Shown here: positions 34,932 to 44,584 of the stretch, piece by piece
Position numbering within the stretch: position 1 is the first letter of the stretch
Layout: each line of letters opens with the position of its first letter
Source of the DNA: Alphaproteobacteria bacterium
GTDB taxonomy: Bacteria; Pseudomonadota; Alphaproteobacteria; Rhizobiales; CAJQND01
NCBI GenBank assembly: GCA_024227565.1
Contig: JAAEUE010000165.1
Location: 71,911 to 135,910, forward strand
Direction: 5' to 3'
DNA: 64,000 nt
Translations under genes and position numbers: made by a program
Notes under the pieces: model-generated
Seen by the model: only the letters and a program-made list of their open reading frames with translations
Told to the model about the DNA's origin: nothing
The model's database searches: none

Positions 34932-35237
34932 TCAATCGTTGTCGTCTTCCTTTTCGGTTTCGGAGATCTTGCCTGTGCCGGGGTCAACTTCGATCTCATA
35001 GGCCTGGCCGTCCTTTTTCACGCCAAACTCCAGCTCGTCGTCCTCAACCTCACCCTCGGTGACCACAAACCCTTTGGCCTCAAGGGCGGCGCGCCCTTCG
35101 GCTTCGGTTTTGCCAAGGTATGTGCCCACCTCAGCGCCTTCCAAGGCGACATCGTTCTGAGAGCTGGCAGCATAGGCGAGGCCTGATGCGGCAAGAAAAG
35201 CGGCGGCCAAAGTCGTTGCAAATACGGGGGTTTTCAT
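34932..35237 (-). CDS. secreted PepSY-domain protein
   Basis: Signal peptide MKTPVFATTLAAAFLAASGLAYA. PepSY-like KGFVVTEGEVEDDELEFGVKKDGQAYEIEVDPGTGKI. Acidic tail. Confidence 0.65.
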   Translation of the reverse strand: MKTPVFATTLAAAFLAASGLAYAASSQNDVALEGAEVGTYLGKTEAEGRAALEAKGFVVTEGEVEDDELEFGVKKDGQAYEIEVDPGTGKISETEKEDDND

Positions 35238-35398
35238 GTGTTACATCCTCTATTCTCGAGTTGGCTTAAATGTGTGCGAATGCACGTTGATCCGTCGCCG
35301 GATCGCATACGGCCATCTAAGCCACGAGGCGCGCAACTCCCATTGATCTGGGGTTTAGATCCGCGCGCCTAAACTTTGGATTATGAGTTTGAGAACGG

Positions 35399-36223
35399 TC
35401 AGGTGGCTTGTCGGGCCACTTCAAGCCCGCCGCGCAGGGCAAGCACAGTGCCCTCCGGCAATGGCTCCCAGCCAACCTCTCCCAGGGGCACGCTGGCCAG
35501 CAACACGGTTTGCTGGTCGCCCAATCCAACCTTCAGGCCGGTGCAGGCGAATTCGGGGCCCTCTTGGCAGGCAACGCAATTTCGCACGCTTAGACCAGGC
35601 GCGCGCGGCGTGGAGTAACCGCCATTTTCTTCATAGATGCGTTTGTGGGCATGGGCGAACAACACATCACCGTCTGAATATAGAAAATTCGCTGAACCGC
35701 GCTGTGCCATCTCGCCGGCGAATGCGCTGAACACGGCCAGGCGTTCTTCGAGCGGCGGATATTCACCGTCAGCCCTGTTCCAAACAGCACGCAAGCGTTC
35801 CATCAACAGGCAGAAGGCGAGTTCAGAATCAGTTGCCCCAATCGGCTCATGGCGCAGCGGCGTTCCGGCAAAATCCTGATGCAGGCCAGCCAACGTGCCA
35901 TTGTGAGCGAACACATGGACATTGCCCCCTAGCTCGCGCCGGAAAGGATGGGTGTTCTGCAAGGACGGCTCACCCACCGTCGCATGGCGCACATGCGCGA
36001 TGACACAGCGGCTTTTCAGTTCCTGTTCGGCGATGAACTTGACCCAGGGGCTGTTGTGAGCCGGCTCGGGCTCTTTGACCAACAAGGCCTCGCGATCGGA
36101 AAAATAGGCGATCCCCCAACCAGATTTGTTGCCATAGGTCAGCCCGCCATGGGTGGCAAATTCGTTGAGGGAGTAGCTGAGCGCCGAAGGCACCCGCGAG
36201 GACATGGCAAACAGTTCACACAT
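35399..36223 (-). CDS. class II glutamine amidotransferase (YafJ-like)
   Basis: N-terminal nucleophile MCELFAMSS, followed by GWGIAYF...HVRHAT...NTHPF. Confidence 0.85.
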   Translation of the reverse strand: MCELFAMSSRVPSALSYSLNEFATHGGLTYGNKSGWGIAYFSDREALLVKEPEPAHNSPWVKFIAEQELKSRCVIAHVRHATVGEPSLQNTHPFRRELGGNVHVFAHNGTLAGLHQDFAGTPLRHEPIGATDSELAFCLLMERLRAVWNRADGEYPPLEERLAVFSAFAGEMAQRGSANFLYSDGDVLFAHAHKRIYEENGGYSTPRAPGLSVRNCVACQEGPEFACTGLKVGLGDQQTVLLASVPLGEVGWEPLPEGTVLALRGGLEVARQAT

Positions 36224-36297
36224 GGGCTGATGATTGACGCGGTTTGCCCTTCACCGCCACACAAAGCTGCGTGAGCAGAATTGAAGGGCCGGTTTGG

Positions 36298-36726
36298 CTA
36301 CTTGTCGAAGACAACCTTGGTCTGACGCTCAAATGGCCGTGGTTTGTACTCGGGCATATCGGGGCGCGCCATGGGAGGATAGATCACCTGTTTGCGCGCG
36401 GGCGGAATAGCCACGGCTGGAGCCTCGAACCTCACCCCGATTTCGTTGCTGTCGCTGCGCCACATGACCTCGCACTTGGCCAACAGGCCATCGAGCTCGA
36501 TGGTCAGCTGAAAATGTTCAGGAACCTGTCTGGTGTCTTTGACCTTAAGCTTGGCCCCGCCTTCGGAAAGGTCGCGAACCACGCAGGTGGCCTCAAAATC
36601 CGGCAATGCCCGGATTACGCCTGCTTTCAGGATCCGTTTGCGCGGTGCACCGCGACGATCGGAAAAATCCACGTCCGCGGCATTTGCACCAGCCATATTT
36701 GCGTCACTGTCTGCTGAAGACGGCAT
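36298..36726 (-). CDS. PilZ domain protein (c-di-GMP receptor-like)
   Basis: RxxxR (RRGAPRKR) and DxSxxG (DLSEGG) motifs at typical spacing. 142 aa. Confidence 0.7.
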   Translation of the reverse strand: MPSSADSDANMAGANAADVDFSDRRGAPRKRILKAGVIRALPDFEATCVVRDLSEGGAKLKVKDTRQVPEHFQLTIELDGLLAKCEVMWRSDSNEIGVRFEAPAVAIPPARKQVIYPPMARPDMPEYKPRPFERQTKVVFDK

Positions 36727-36837
36727 AATTTCGCACCTTTCAGCCTTTTCGCCCCATCAATCTTCCGGAAATTAGACCAGAATTGTATGAGCAGGAGTTT
36801 AACCAAAATGATGCATTTTAAGATTTTTTGAGCAGGT

Positions 36838-37380
36838 TCAGAGCTGACACACCAGGTAACGCACTGATTTTCCGCGGTCAGGCAAGTGGGCGTGACCGGC
36901 CTTTTCGAAGCCCAAGGCCTCGTGAAACCGGTCAGAACCTGGATTTGGCGGGTCGCTGTTCACCTCACAGCAGATCATGGAGTGGCCGCCCGCCCGCGCT
37001 TGCTCAAATAGCTCTTTGTAGAGTTTTGCCGCCAGTCCTTGCCCGCGTTCACTGGGAGAAACCACAATTCTGTCCACGTAGACAAACCGTCCGAATTTTT
37101 CCTTGAACCAGATAAAATTCGGGCTGTCATAGTCTGCATCCTGGTCAAACGTGAGCAGGAAGGCTCCACGGCTGTCAGCGCATCTTGCCAAGAACGCTGC
37201 TTGGACCAACTCGCTCAAGCGCACCAAGCTCAGCGAAGAGAGTTCGGTGACATGGGCCTGATTGAGCTCGAGCAGCGCCGGCAGATCGTCTTGAGTTATG
37301 TCGCGCAACAATATTTTTCGCCTAGTCCCGTGGACCAACAAGCTCAATCTTGTGGCCATCAGGATCTTCGATGAACGCAA
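36838..37380 (-). CDS. GNAT family N-acetyltransferase
   Basis: VDRIVVSPSERGQGLAAKLYKELF (Q/RxxGxG/A acetyl-CoA motif). The track start overlaps the gloA 3' end by 59 nt. The real start is probably later (for example the TTG near 37311). Confidence 0.75.
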   Translation of the reverse strand: MRSSKILMATRLSLLVHGTRRKILLRDITQDDLPALLELNQAHVTELSSLSLVRLSELVQAAFLARCADSRGAFLLTFDQDADYDSPNFIWFKEKFGRFVYVDRIVVSPSERGQGLAAKLYKELFEQARAGGHSMICCEVNSDPPNPGSDRFHEALGFEKAGHAHLPDRGKSVRYLVCQL

Positions 37381-37711
37381 TAACCCGTGTGCCGTGCTTC
37401 ATGGGACCTGCCGGGCGGGAAATGGTGACCCCTTCTTCAGCCAACGTATCGCAAGTGGCATAAACATCCTCCACCATGAGCGCCATATGGCCCCAGCCCT
37501 GGCCCATTTCGTAGTCTTCTTCCTGGTCCCAGTTGTAGGTCAGTTCCAGCGAAGTGCCCTCACCTTCGGGCTGATAGCCCACGAACGTGTTGGTGAACTT
37601 GCCGTCGGGATATTCGGTTTGCCGAAGCAGCTTCATGCGCAAGATCCGGGTGTAGAAATCCACTGACTTTTCCAAATCCTTCACGCGCATCATTTGATGG
37701 TCAATTTGCAT
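37322..37711 (-). CDS. gloA: lactoylglutathione lyase (glyoxalase I)
   Basis: MMRVKDLEKSVDFYTRILRMKLLRQTEYPDGKFTNTFVGY...LELTYNW...GHMALMVEDV...GTRVIAFIEDPDGHKIELV is near-collinear with E. coli GloA as I recall it. Confidence 0.9.
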   Translation of the reverse strand: MQIDHQMMRVKDLEKSVDFYTRILRMKLLRQTEYPDGKFTNTFVGYQPEGEGTSLELTYNWDQEEDYEMGQGWGHMALMVEDVYATCDTLAEEGVTISRPAGPMKHGTRVIAFIEDPDGHKIELVGPRD

Positions 37712-37735
37712 GTGCTGTCCCTTCGTTCCTTGCGA

Positions 37736-38980
37736 TTAGGCTGCTGCGGCCTCGGGTGGCCGCGCGGTTTGAATGACCCTCATCACGTACCAGAGAAATC
37801 CTGATGCAGCTACCGTGTATCCCGCCATAAAGAGCATCTGTGTTTCCATGCCCACACCCACATCAACCAACCAACCCACAATGCCCGGCGCCAAGGCCGT
37901 GCCGAACACCATGACCGCCGCCATAAGCGCGCGGATCGCACCCAGATGGGTGGTGCCATAGAGTTCCGGCCAGATTGACCCGCTCATGGTTTGCCCTGTG
38001 CCGATCGTCATGCCCAGCAACACCATGAACACGCCTGCAATCGCACTGGTGGCCGTAATGCCCAGCAAGAGCGCTCCAAGGCCCAATGGCAGCAGGAATA
38101 CCGGCAACAAAACCACCGAGTTCCAGCGGTCGATGGCCCAGCCGCTGGCCAGTGATGTGATCACGGTGGAGGCAGCAAAGAACGGGAAGACGGCGGGAAA
38201 AGTGCTGATGTCCCACCCCTTCTCGTCCATCAGGTGAACCTGATGAAAGAATATGCCGGTGGAGATAAAAGGCGGACCGAGGGTTGCAGGCAAAAGTCCG
38301 TAGAACACCGGGTCGACCAGAACCTGCTTTCGGGTCCAGTCTTCAGCACCGCGCCGATTGTCGTAGCGCGCCATGCCCACAGCAGGCTTTGAGGTTGGCG
38401 TGCGCGGCACACGAAACAGCAGATAGATTGCAGGCAAAGCAGCCAGGAGCAAGACGCAAGCAGCCGCGAGCCAAACCTGGCGCCAACCAATGGCGCCGAT
38501 GAGCAGCACCGTCACAAACGGCAACACGGCTTCTCCCGCCGAATAGCCCAGGCTTGATACGCCCACGGCGCGGCCCCGGTAGGCTGAAAACCAGCGGCCC
38601 ATGGCCGTCATGGCAATGTGGCCAAGCATGCCTTGGCCCATCAGACGCAGCAAGAACATGGCTGCAAGCAGGACCACCATGGAGTTCGCCGAAGCCATGG
38701 CCAGGCAGGCAACTGCAAAAACCCCAAGGACGATGGCGCTGAGAACGGGAATGTGCACCCAGTCGGCGGTCTTGCCGAGCCAGACGAGCGTGAGCGCACT
38801 GAGCAGCGTTCCGGCCGTGTACAGCCCTCCCAGCTCGCCGTGGCTCAAATCAAACGTGGCGCGCAACTCGCCTGCAAACAAGGAGATGAAGAAGGTTTGC
38901 CCGAAGCATGAGGCGAGCGTCAGAAGAAAGCCCCCAGCCAGCCAGCGACGGTTCTCGTAGATAAATTCCGTGTAGTTCAA
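37736..38980 (-). CDS. MFS transporter (paralog of 32911-34179)
   Basis: About 12 TM segments and shared blocks with the other MFS gene (see that entry). Confidence 0.85.
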   Translation of the reverse strand: MNYTEFIYENRRWLAGGFLLTLASCFGQTFFISLFAGELRATFDLSHGELGGLYTAGTLLSALTLVWLGKTADWVHIPVLSAIVLGVFAVACLAMASANSMVVLLAAMFLLRLMGQGMLGHIAMTAMGRWFSAYRGRAVGVSSLGYSAGEAVLPFVTVLLIGAIGWRQVWLAAACVLLLAALPAIYLLFRVPRTPTSKPAVGMARYDNRRGAEDWTRKQVLVDPVFYGLLPATLGPPFISTGIFFHQVHLMDEKGWDISTFPAVFPFFAASTVITSLASGWAIDRWNSVVLLPVFLLPLGLGALLLGITATSAIAGVFMVLLGMTIGTGQTMSGSIWPELYGTTHLGAIRALMAAVMVFGTALAPGIVGWLVDVGVGMETQMLFMAGYTVAASGFLWYVMRVIQTARPPEAAAA

Positions 38981-39124
38981 CGGAGCCCCGACCGGTGCGG
39001 CAGATTACGGACTGGCGCAACCAGTGCCTTCATGGTTTGCATTCGGGCTGACCCTAGGGACACACATCGGTTGTGACAAGCCAAAACAATCGTTTTGCGC
39101 ATTGTAAAAGGAACACTCCCCCGC

Positions 39125-40324
39125 ATGACGAACCTTATGAAGGCCTTCCCCGCTAGCCCCACCGATCAGGTGACCTTGGCCAACTGGCGCACCGGCCCCT
39201 TCAACAAATGGGCGTTTCACCATGTGCGCGAAATCGTGGCATCAGCCGACATACCCAACGATCCGGGGTCTGTCTGGGCACTGGACGAGAAACCACGAGA
39301 TCTAACGGACCTGCAGATCGAGCTGGATCAAACTGAAACTGTCGCACTTCAAGCTGTGCTTGAGGAGACCGTAACGGATGGGTTTGTTGTCATGTATCAG
39401 GGCGCCGTTGTGTATGAGACCTACGCCAACGAGCTGACACCGCACGCGCCGCACATACTCATGTCGGTCTCCAAGTCCATGCTTGGGCTTCTCGCCGGCA
39501 TTCTGGCTGACAAAGGCGTGCTGATCGTTGACAATCTGGCCTCCGACTATGTGCCGGAACTTGAGGCGACCGCCTATAAGGGCGCCACCGTGCGTCATTT
39601 GCTTGATATGCGCGCGGGTGTGGCGTTTGACGAAGACTATGACACCACAAGTGGGCCGATCATTGAGTATCGCAAGTCGACCAACTGGAACCCGCCTGGC
39701 CCAGGCGAGACGGCGAGTGATCTGCGCTCGTTCCTGCAAACGCTGACCGACGGCGACGGCCCTCATGAGGGCCGTTTCCACTATGTCTCACCCAACACAG
39801 ATCTTCTGGCCTGGATCATTGAGCGCGCCAGCGGGCGTCGTTATGCCGACCTGATGAGCGAACTCCTCTGGCAACCTCTGGGGGCAGAGCGCAGCGCCTA
39901 CATCACGGTGGACCGGCTGGGCGCGCCGCGGGCCGCCGGCGGCATGTGCGTCACGGCCCGTGACCTCGCCCGGGTTGGCCAACTGATGGTTCAGAACGGA
40001 CGGCGGGGTTCAAATCAGATCGTGCCGGAGGCCTGGGTTCAAGACATTGCAACCCAAGGAAGCCGGGACGCCTGGGAAGCAGGCTCGTTCGCCCCGGACT
40101 TTCCAGAATATCCCATCCGCTATCGCTCCAAATGGTACATCCTGGAGGGCGAGGCGCCGGTGATCTTCGCCATGGGCATTCATGGCCAGCATCTTTTTGT
40201 TGACCAGAAAAACCGCATCGTAATCGCGAAAATGTCGTCGCAACCCAGGCCGCTTGAGCCAGAGCGCGAAATGCTGCTGATGAAAACCGTCAAGGCCATC
40301 CAGGACCACTTGATCTCTGGATAG
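39125..40324 (+). CDS. serine hydrolase (beta-lactamase/transpeptidase-like family)
   Basis: SxxK motif (MSVSKSMLG). About 400 aa. The ATG at 39125 lies inside a track ORF that starts at a TTG at 39095. Confidence 0.8.
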   Translation: MTNLMKAFPASPTDQVTLANWRTGPFNKWAFHHVREIVASADIPNDPGSVWALDEKPRDLTDLQIELDQTETVALQAVLEETVTDGFVVMYQGAVVYETYANELTPHAPHILMSVSKSMLGLLAGILADKGVLIVDNLASDYVPELEATAYKGATVRHLLDMRAGVAFDEDYDTTSGPIIEYRKSTNWNPPGPGETASDLRSFLQTLTDGDGPHEGRFHYVSPNTDLLAWIIERASGRRYADLMSELLWQPLGAERSAYITVDRLGAPRAAGGMCVTARDLARVGQLMVQNGRRGSNQIVPEAWVQDIATQGSRDAWEAGSFAPDFPEYPIRYRSKWYILEGEAPVIFAMGIHGQHLFVDQKNRIVIAKMSSQPRPLEPEREMLLMKTVKAIQDHLISG

Positions 40325-40330
40325 GCGGTA

Positions 40331-41020
40331 TCAATCGACCGACAAAACCCTGTCGCTGGACAGAATATCTTTTGCAAAGTCAGGCATTTGCAGCCCGGCC
40401 TTGACCTTTTCCTCCAGCCCAGCTTCCGCCGCCAGAACGTCAGGGAGGCGCGCCAGCACCGCTTCAATCTGATCTTGCGGCACGATGACCACCCCATCGG
40501 CGTCCGCCACCACAACATCGCCCGATGAAACCGGCTGGCCGGCACATACTATGGGTAGCCCTGCGGTGCCTGGACCGTTGCGGGCCGGCGAGTTGGGGGT
40601 AACCACGGCGCCAAAACAGGCGATGCCTGTTTCGCAAATCCCTGCCACATCACGCACGGCGCCATCTGTGACCATGGCGACTGCCCCGATGTTCGCCGCC
40701 ATCCCCACGACCAGATCGCCGATCACCGCGGTGGTGAGGAACTCATCGGTCGCGATCAAGACCACATCGCCTGGCTGGCAAATGTCCATGGCCGCGAACA
40801 CGGCCAGATTATCCGCCGGCCCAGTGTGGCAGGTGACGGCGACACCGGTGAAGCTTGTAGCCCCAGGCGTAACTGGCTTGACCGAGTGATGCAGCGCGCC
40901 GCGCCCGTCCATGCAGTCAACCACGACACCGGTCGCCGTGCCCTTGAGCTTCTCAACCAGCTCCGCACTTGGCCGGGGAAAGTTGCGCCGTACCGTTAGA
41001 AGGGGTGGATCTTCAATCAT
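40331..41020 (-). CDS. RraA family protein (RraA / HMG-CHA aldolase-like)
   Basis: GDVVLIATDEFLTTAVIGDLVVGMAANIGAVAMVTDGAVRDV is typical of the RraA family. The ATG at 41020 has GAGGTG 8-9 nt upstream. Confidence 0.8.
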   Translation of the reverse strand: MIEDPPLLTVRRNFPRPSAELVEKLKGTATGVVVDCMDGRGALHHSVKPVTPGATSFTGVAVTCHTGPADNLAVFAAMDICQPGDVVLIATDEFLTTAVIGDLVVGMAANIGAVAMVTDGAVRDVAGICETGIACFGAVVTPNSPARNGPGTAGLPIVCAGQPVSSGDVVVADADGVVIVPQDQIEAVLARLPDVLAAEAGLEEKVKAGLQMPDFAKDILSSDRVLSVD

Positions 41021-41098
41021 TCTTGTTGCACCTCGCTGCTGCCATTTGTTTTGCGGCACTATACGGTCCTGCCGGGCACAATTACCAGCGGGGCGGGC

Positions 41099-42643
41099 TC
41101 AAGATTCCGGCAAGGCCCCGCCTTCTGCGGTGCGCCGTTCAACGAAGCTGTCGATTTCCTCCAGAACCGCCTGCTCAATGGGCGGCGGCTCGAAGGCTTC
41201 CAGAGTTTGTTTGTAAACGGAGTGTGCCCGTTCATAGGCATCCGGCCGGCCGGCTTCATCCCAGGTTTCGTAATTTCGCCAGTCTGAAACTATGGGCTCG
41301 TAGAACGCTGAGGAGTAGCGGTCCAATGTGTGGGCCGCACCGAAGAAGTGTCCGCCCTGGCCCACCTCGCGGATGGCATCCAGGGCCAACTCCTTGGTAT
41401 CCACCGGCAGGCCAGTGAACACCTCTGCCATCATCTGCAACATGTCCACATCCATGACGAACTTCTCAAACGATGCGGTCAGGCCCCCTTCCAACCACCC
41501 CGCGCCGTGCATGAGGAGATTGCAACCACCCATGAGCGTGCTCCAGATGGCCATTTGGGATTCATACGCCGCCTGAGCATCGGGCGTGTTGGAGGCATTC
41601 ACGTTGGAAGAGCGATACGGCACATTGTAGCGGCGGCAGAGCTGACCGGATGCTAAGGCGGCCTTCACATATTCAGGTGTGCCAAAGGCTGGTGCGCCCG
41701 ACTTCATATCCACGTTCGAGGTGAAGCCGCCATAACAGACCGGTGCGCCCGGATTGACCATCTGGCTGAGACAGAGCCCCGCCAGGGCCTCGGCATTTTG
41801 TTGGGCAAGCGCGCCGGCAATGGTGACCGGCGCCATGGCCCCTGCCAGGGTGAACGGGGTGAGCACCATGAGTTGGCCGGCATTGGCAAAATCGATGATG
41901 CCCTGACACATGGGCACATCAAGCTGCAAGGGTGAGTTGGCGTTGATCACCGTGTAGCATCGTGCCTCTGAAGCGAAATCTTCCGGGCTGGCCTGCTGGG
42001 CGATGCGGACGATTTCCAGGGCGTCGGCAGTTTGCCCCACGCCGCGGGCAAAGACGAAGGGAAATTTGTCCGACAACACAGACTGGGCCCGGGTCACCTC
42101 CAGATGACGAAACCGCAATTCCACATCCAGCGGCTCAACCGACGGGCTCAACAGGTGCACGATATCAAAGCTCTGAGCCATTCTCACAAGGTCGCGGAAG
42201 TCCTTGCCGGTGCCCGGCCGGCGCCCCCGTTCGCGATCAGACACATTGGGCGGGCCGCCAACGGCGGCAACCGCGATGTTGCGGCCGCCCAGCTCCAAGC
42301 TCCGCTCCAGGTTACGGCAGTGCAAAGATACGGTTGGCGGGACCGACGCCATGAAGGTCTCAATCAGGTCTCCGCCGATGCGCACGATGTGTGTCTCCGG
42401 GTCAACCAATGCACCGGCACGCTGATAAACCCCGCGCGCGGCCGCGTGCAGAACCTTTATGCCAATCTCCTCAAGGATGGTGAGGGATGCCTGATGGATG
42501 GCTTCAACCTCATCGGCGGAGAGAATTTCTATGGGGCCAAACGGATTGCGCAAACGCCGATAGTGGCTGGTATTGCGAACGGTTGAAAGGTCGCTTTGCT
42601 GGCGGCCGGACCGGCCGCCGGATCTACGTGTTCTTTGCGCCAC
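41099..42643 (-). CDS. trimethylamine methyltransferase (MttB) superfamily protein, non-pyrrolysine
   Basis: 514 aa. N-terminal RRSGGRSGRQQ...NPFGPIEILSADEVEAIHQASLTILEEIGIKV is typical of MttB homologs. No internal TAG. Confidence 0.85.
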   Translation of the reverse strand: MAQRTRRSGGRSGRQQSDLSTVRNTSHYRRLRNPFGPIEILSADEVEAIHQASLTILEEIGIKVLHAAARGVYQRAGALVDPETHIVRIGGDLIETFMASVPPTVSLHCRNLERSLELGGRNIAVAAVGGPPNVSDRERGRRPGTGKDFRDLVRMAQSFDIVHLLSPSVEPLDVELRFRHLEVTRAQSVLSDKFPFVFARGVGQTADALEIVRIAQQASPEDFASEARCYTVINANSPLQLDVPMCQGIIDFANAGQLMVLTPFTLAGAMAPVTIAGALAQQNAEALAGLCLSQMVNPGAPVCYGGFTSNVDMKSGAPAFGTPEYVKAALASGQLCRRYNVPYRSSNVNASNTPDAQAAYESQMAIWSTLMGGCNLLMHGAGWLEGGLTASFEKFVMDVDMLQMMAEVFTGLPVDTKELALDAIREVGQGGHFFGAAHTLDRYSSAFYEPIVSDWRNYETWDEAGRPDAYERAHSVYKQTLEAFEPPPIEQAVLEEIDSFVERRTAEGGALPES

Positions 42644-42854
42644 TGTCTTTGCTCCCGGGATTTGCTCAATTCGGCCCTACAATATCGACCGTGCGGCGTA
42701 CAGTGGTGAATAATTCACCTTGATCAAAGGGCGCATTACCCTAGGGAAAGTCCCAGAAAATGATCACAACAATGCCATTAATTTGCCTAAGTCCTCTCGA
42801 AATTCGGTCTCAGTTCGCTGCGAGAAGCCGCCCTACATAACGAGAGGGATTCGT

Positions 42855-43223
42855 ATGAGACTACTCAACATCGAAACCTGCTTGGCCGCAACCGCGGCGG
42901 CAGGTGCAGCAACCTTGCTGCTTTTTGCTACCCTTCCCGCAAACGCCGGACAAACCGGTGTGGCGTCTTACTACAAATCTGGAAAAGTGACTGCAAATGG
43001 CGAACGGTTCAAACCGCACGGCATGACGGCAGCTCACCGCAAATTGCCATTTGGCACAAAGGTTCGGGTCACACACTTGCGTACAGGTAAGAGTGTTGTG
43101 GTTCGCATCAACGACCGTGGCCCGTTCATCGGGAAGCGGATTATCGATCTGTCGCTCGGCGCAGCTCGCAGAATTGGGATGACCAATTCAGGCGTTGCTC
43201 GGGTGCGCGTGGACGTTCTCTAG
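42855..43223 (+). CDS. RlpA-like (septal ring lytic transglycosylase family) double-psi beta-barrel lipoprotein/secreted protein
   Basis: Signal peptide, then [57 protein letters not shown]. The ATG at 42855 has GAGAGGGA upstream. Confidence 0.8.
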   Translation: MRLLNIETCLAATAAAGAATLLLFATLPANAGQTGVASYYKSGKVTANGERFKPHGMTAAHRKLPFGTKVRVTHLRTGKSVVVRINDRGPFIGKRIIDLSLGAARRIGMTNSGVARVRVDVL

Positions 43224-43810
43224 CGTCCGGTTAGTTTACCCCATGTCATGCGTATCAGGGTGTCGTCCTTGTCCACAAAATGGTGTTTCAAGGCGGCACC
43301 CGCATGCCCCAAGATCAGGGCAATGGCTCCATACGAAAAATAGTAATGGATTGAGATGGCCGCATCGCGGGCCGTTTCTGATTGCGGCAACATCGCCGGC
43401 ACTTCAATCAGTCCGAATATAGACACCCCCTGCCCGGCCGATGTGGTGATCACATAGCCTGTGACCGGCACCAGAACCATCAACACATAAAGAGCCCAAT
43501 GCATGCCCGCCGAGGCCATGCGTTCCCAGGGTTTCAGTTGTGCGCCGGGCGTTGGCGGGCGATTACCGATCTGCCAGCAGAATTTGGCAAAGACCAACAA
43601 GAGCACAATCAGACCAAAGGCTTTGTGGAGCTCCAGGCCGGAATTGTACCAGGGATCATAATAACTGAGTCCCACCATCCACCAGCCAAGCCAGATCAGC
43701 CCGATGATGCCGAGCGCAATCAGCCAGTGCAGGAGCTTGGACACCAGCCCGAAACGGTTTTTTGTGTTGTACAGGTCCACAAGCGAATGATACCGGACCC
43801 GCCCATTCAT
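43220..43810 (-). CDS. cytochrome b561 family protein
   Basis: Four TM helices with conserved His residues ([10 protein letters not shown]..., MHWALYVLM..., [10 protein letters not shown]..). Immediately downstream of yceI, the classical pairing. Confidence 0.85.
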   Translation of the reverse strand: MNGRVRYHSLVDLYNTKNRFGLVSKLLHWLIALGIIGLIWLGWWMVGLSYYDPWYNSGLELHKAFGLIVLLLVFAKFCWQIGNRPPTPGAQLKPWERMASAGMHWALYVLMVLVPVTGYVITTSAGQGVSIFGLIEVPAMLPQSETARDAAISIHYYFSYGAIALILGHAGAALKHHFVDKDDTLIRMTWGKLTGR

Positions 43811-43837
43811 GGCGAGCCCGGCATTGTGTTCAAACGG

Positions 43838-44428
43838 CTATTTGTTCTTGATCGCTTCGATCATCAAATGCATTTCGATGATCTCCGCAGCCGGCCCAAG
43901 GTTGTACCCCATGCCGAACTCTTTGCGCGCCAAGTTGTATTTGCCTTCAAACCCTGCGCGGTAGCCGCCCCAAGGGTCCTTGCCTTCGGCAATCTTCGTG
44001 ATCGGAAAGGAAATCGACTTTGTGACACCGAGCAAGGTGAGATCGCCGGTTAAGGTCCCGCCCTTTTCGTCGCCTTCAAATTTTGAGCTCTTGAAGGTTA
44101 CGGTGGGGAACTTGTCCGTATTGAGGAAATCGCCGCTGCGCAGGTGCTTGTCGCGGTCCGCCCAGTTGGTATCGACACTTGCCGCGTCGATGGTCAGCGA
44201 AATGTTCTGCGCGTCCGTTCCGGCGGCAGGGTCGTAGTTCATGGAGCCTTCGAACTTGTTGAACTGACCGATCAGCCAGCTCATTCCAAGGTGCTTGGTG
44301 CGGAAGTGGACAAACGAATGTGAGAGATCCACGGTATATTCCGCAGCATTTGAGCTCATTGGTGCCGCAACAAACAAAGTGGCGGCCAGTGCGGCGGCGG
44401 ATGCCACCCTAAGGATACGTGCTTTCAT
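43838..44428 (-). CDS. YceI family periplasmic protein
   Basis: Signal peptide MKARILRVASAAALAATLFVAAPMSSNA and the YceI core DLSHSFVHFRTKHLGMSWLIGQFNKFEG. I prefer the ATG at 44428. Confidence 0.85.
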   Translation of the reverse strand: MKARILRVASAAALAATLFVAAPMSSNAAEYTVDLSHSFVHFRTKHLGMSWLIGQFNKFEGSMNYDPAAGTDAQNISLTIDAASVDTNWADRDKHLRSGDFLNTDKFPTVTFKSSKFEGDEKGGTLTGDLTLLGVTKSISFPITKIAEGKDPWGGYRAGFEGKYNLARKEFGMGYNLGPAAEIIEMHLMIEAIKNK

Positions 44429-44584
44429 CGAGGATGATCCCTTTTCTACAAAGTTCGCTGGAGCAAACCTGTCGGTCCATTGTGACAATTGTCAGACAAC
44501 GGAACGCATGAAAGACAAATCCTTTGTGGCAATCAAATGTCTTTGGATAGTATTTTCGTGAACGCTCCCCCCGCCAGCCCAATC

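Noticed and set aside
35327..35370. Hairpin AGGCGCGC...GCGCGCCT between the amidotransferase and PepSY genes as a terminator
   Set aside because: It has an 8-bp perfect stem, but the loop is 28 nt and there is no U-tract on the transcribed (minus) strand. That is too weak to call.
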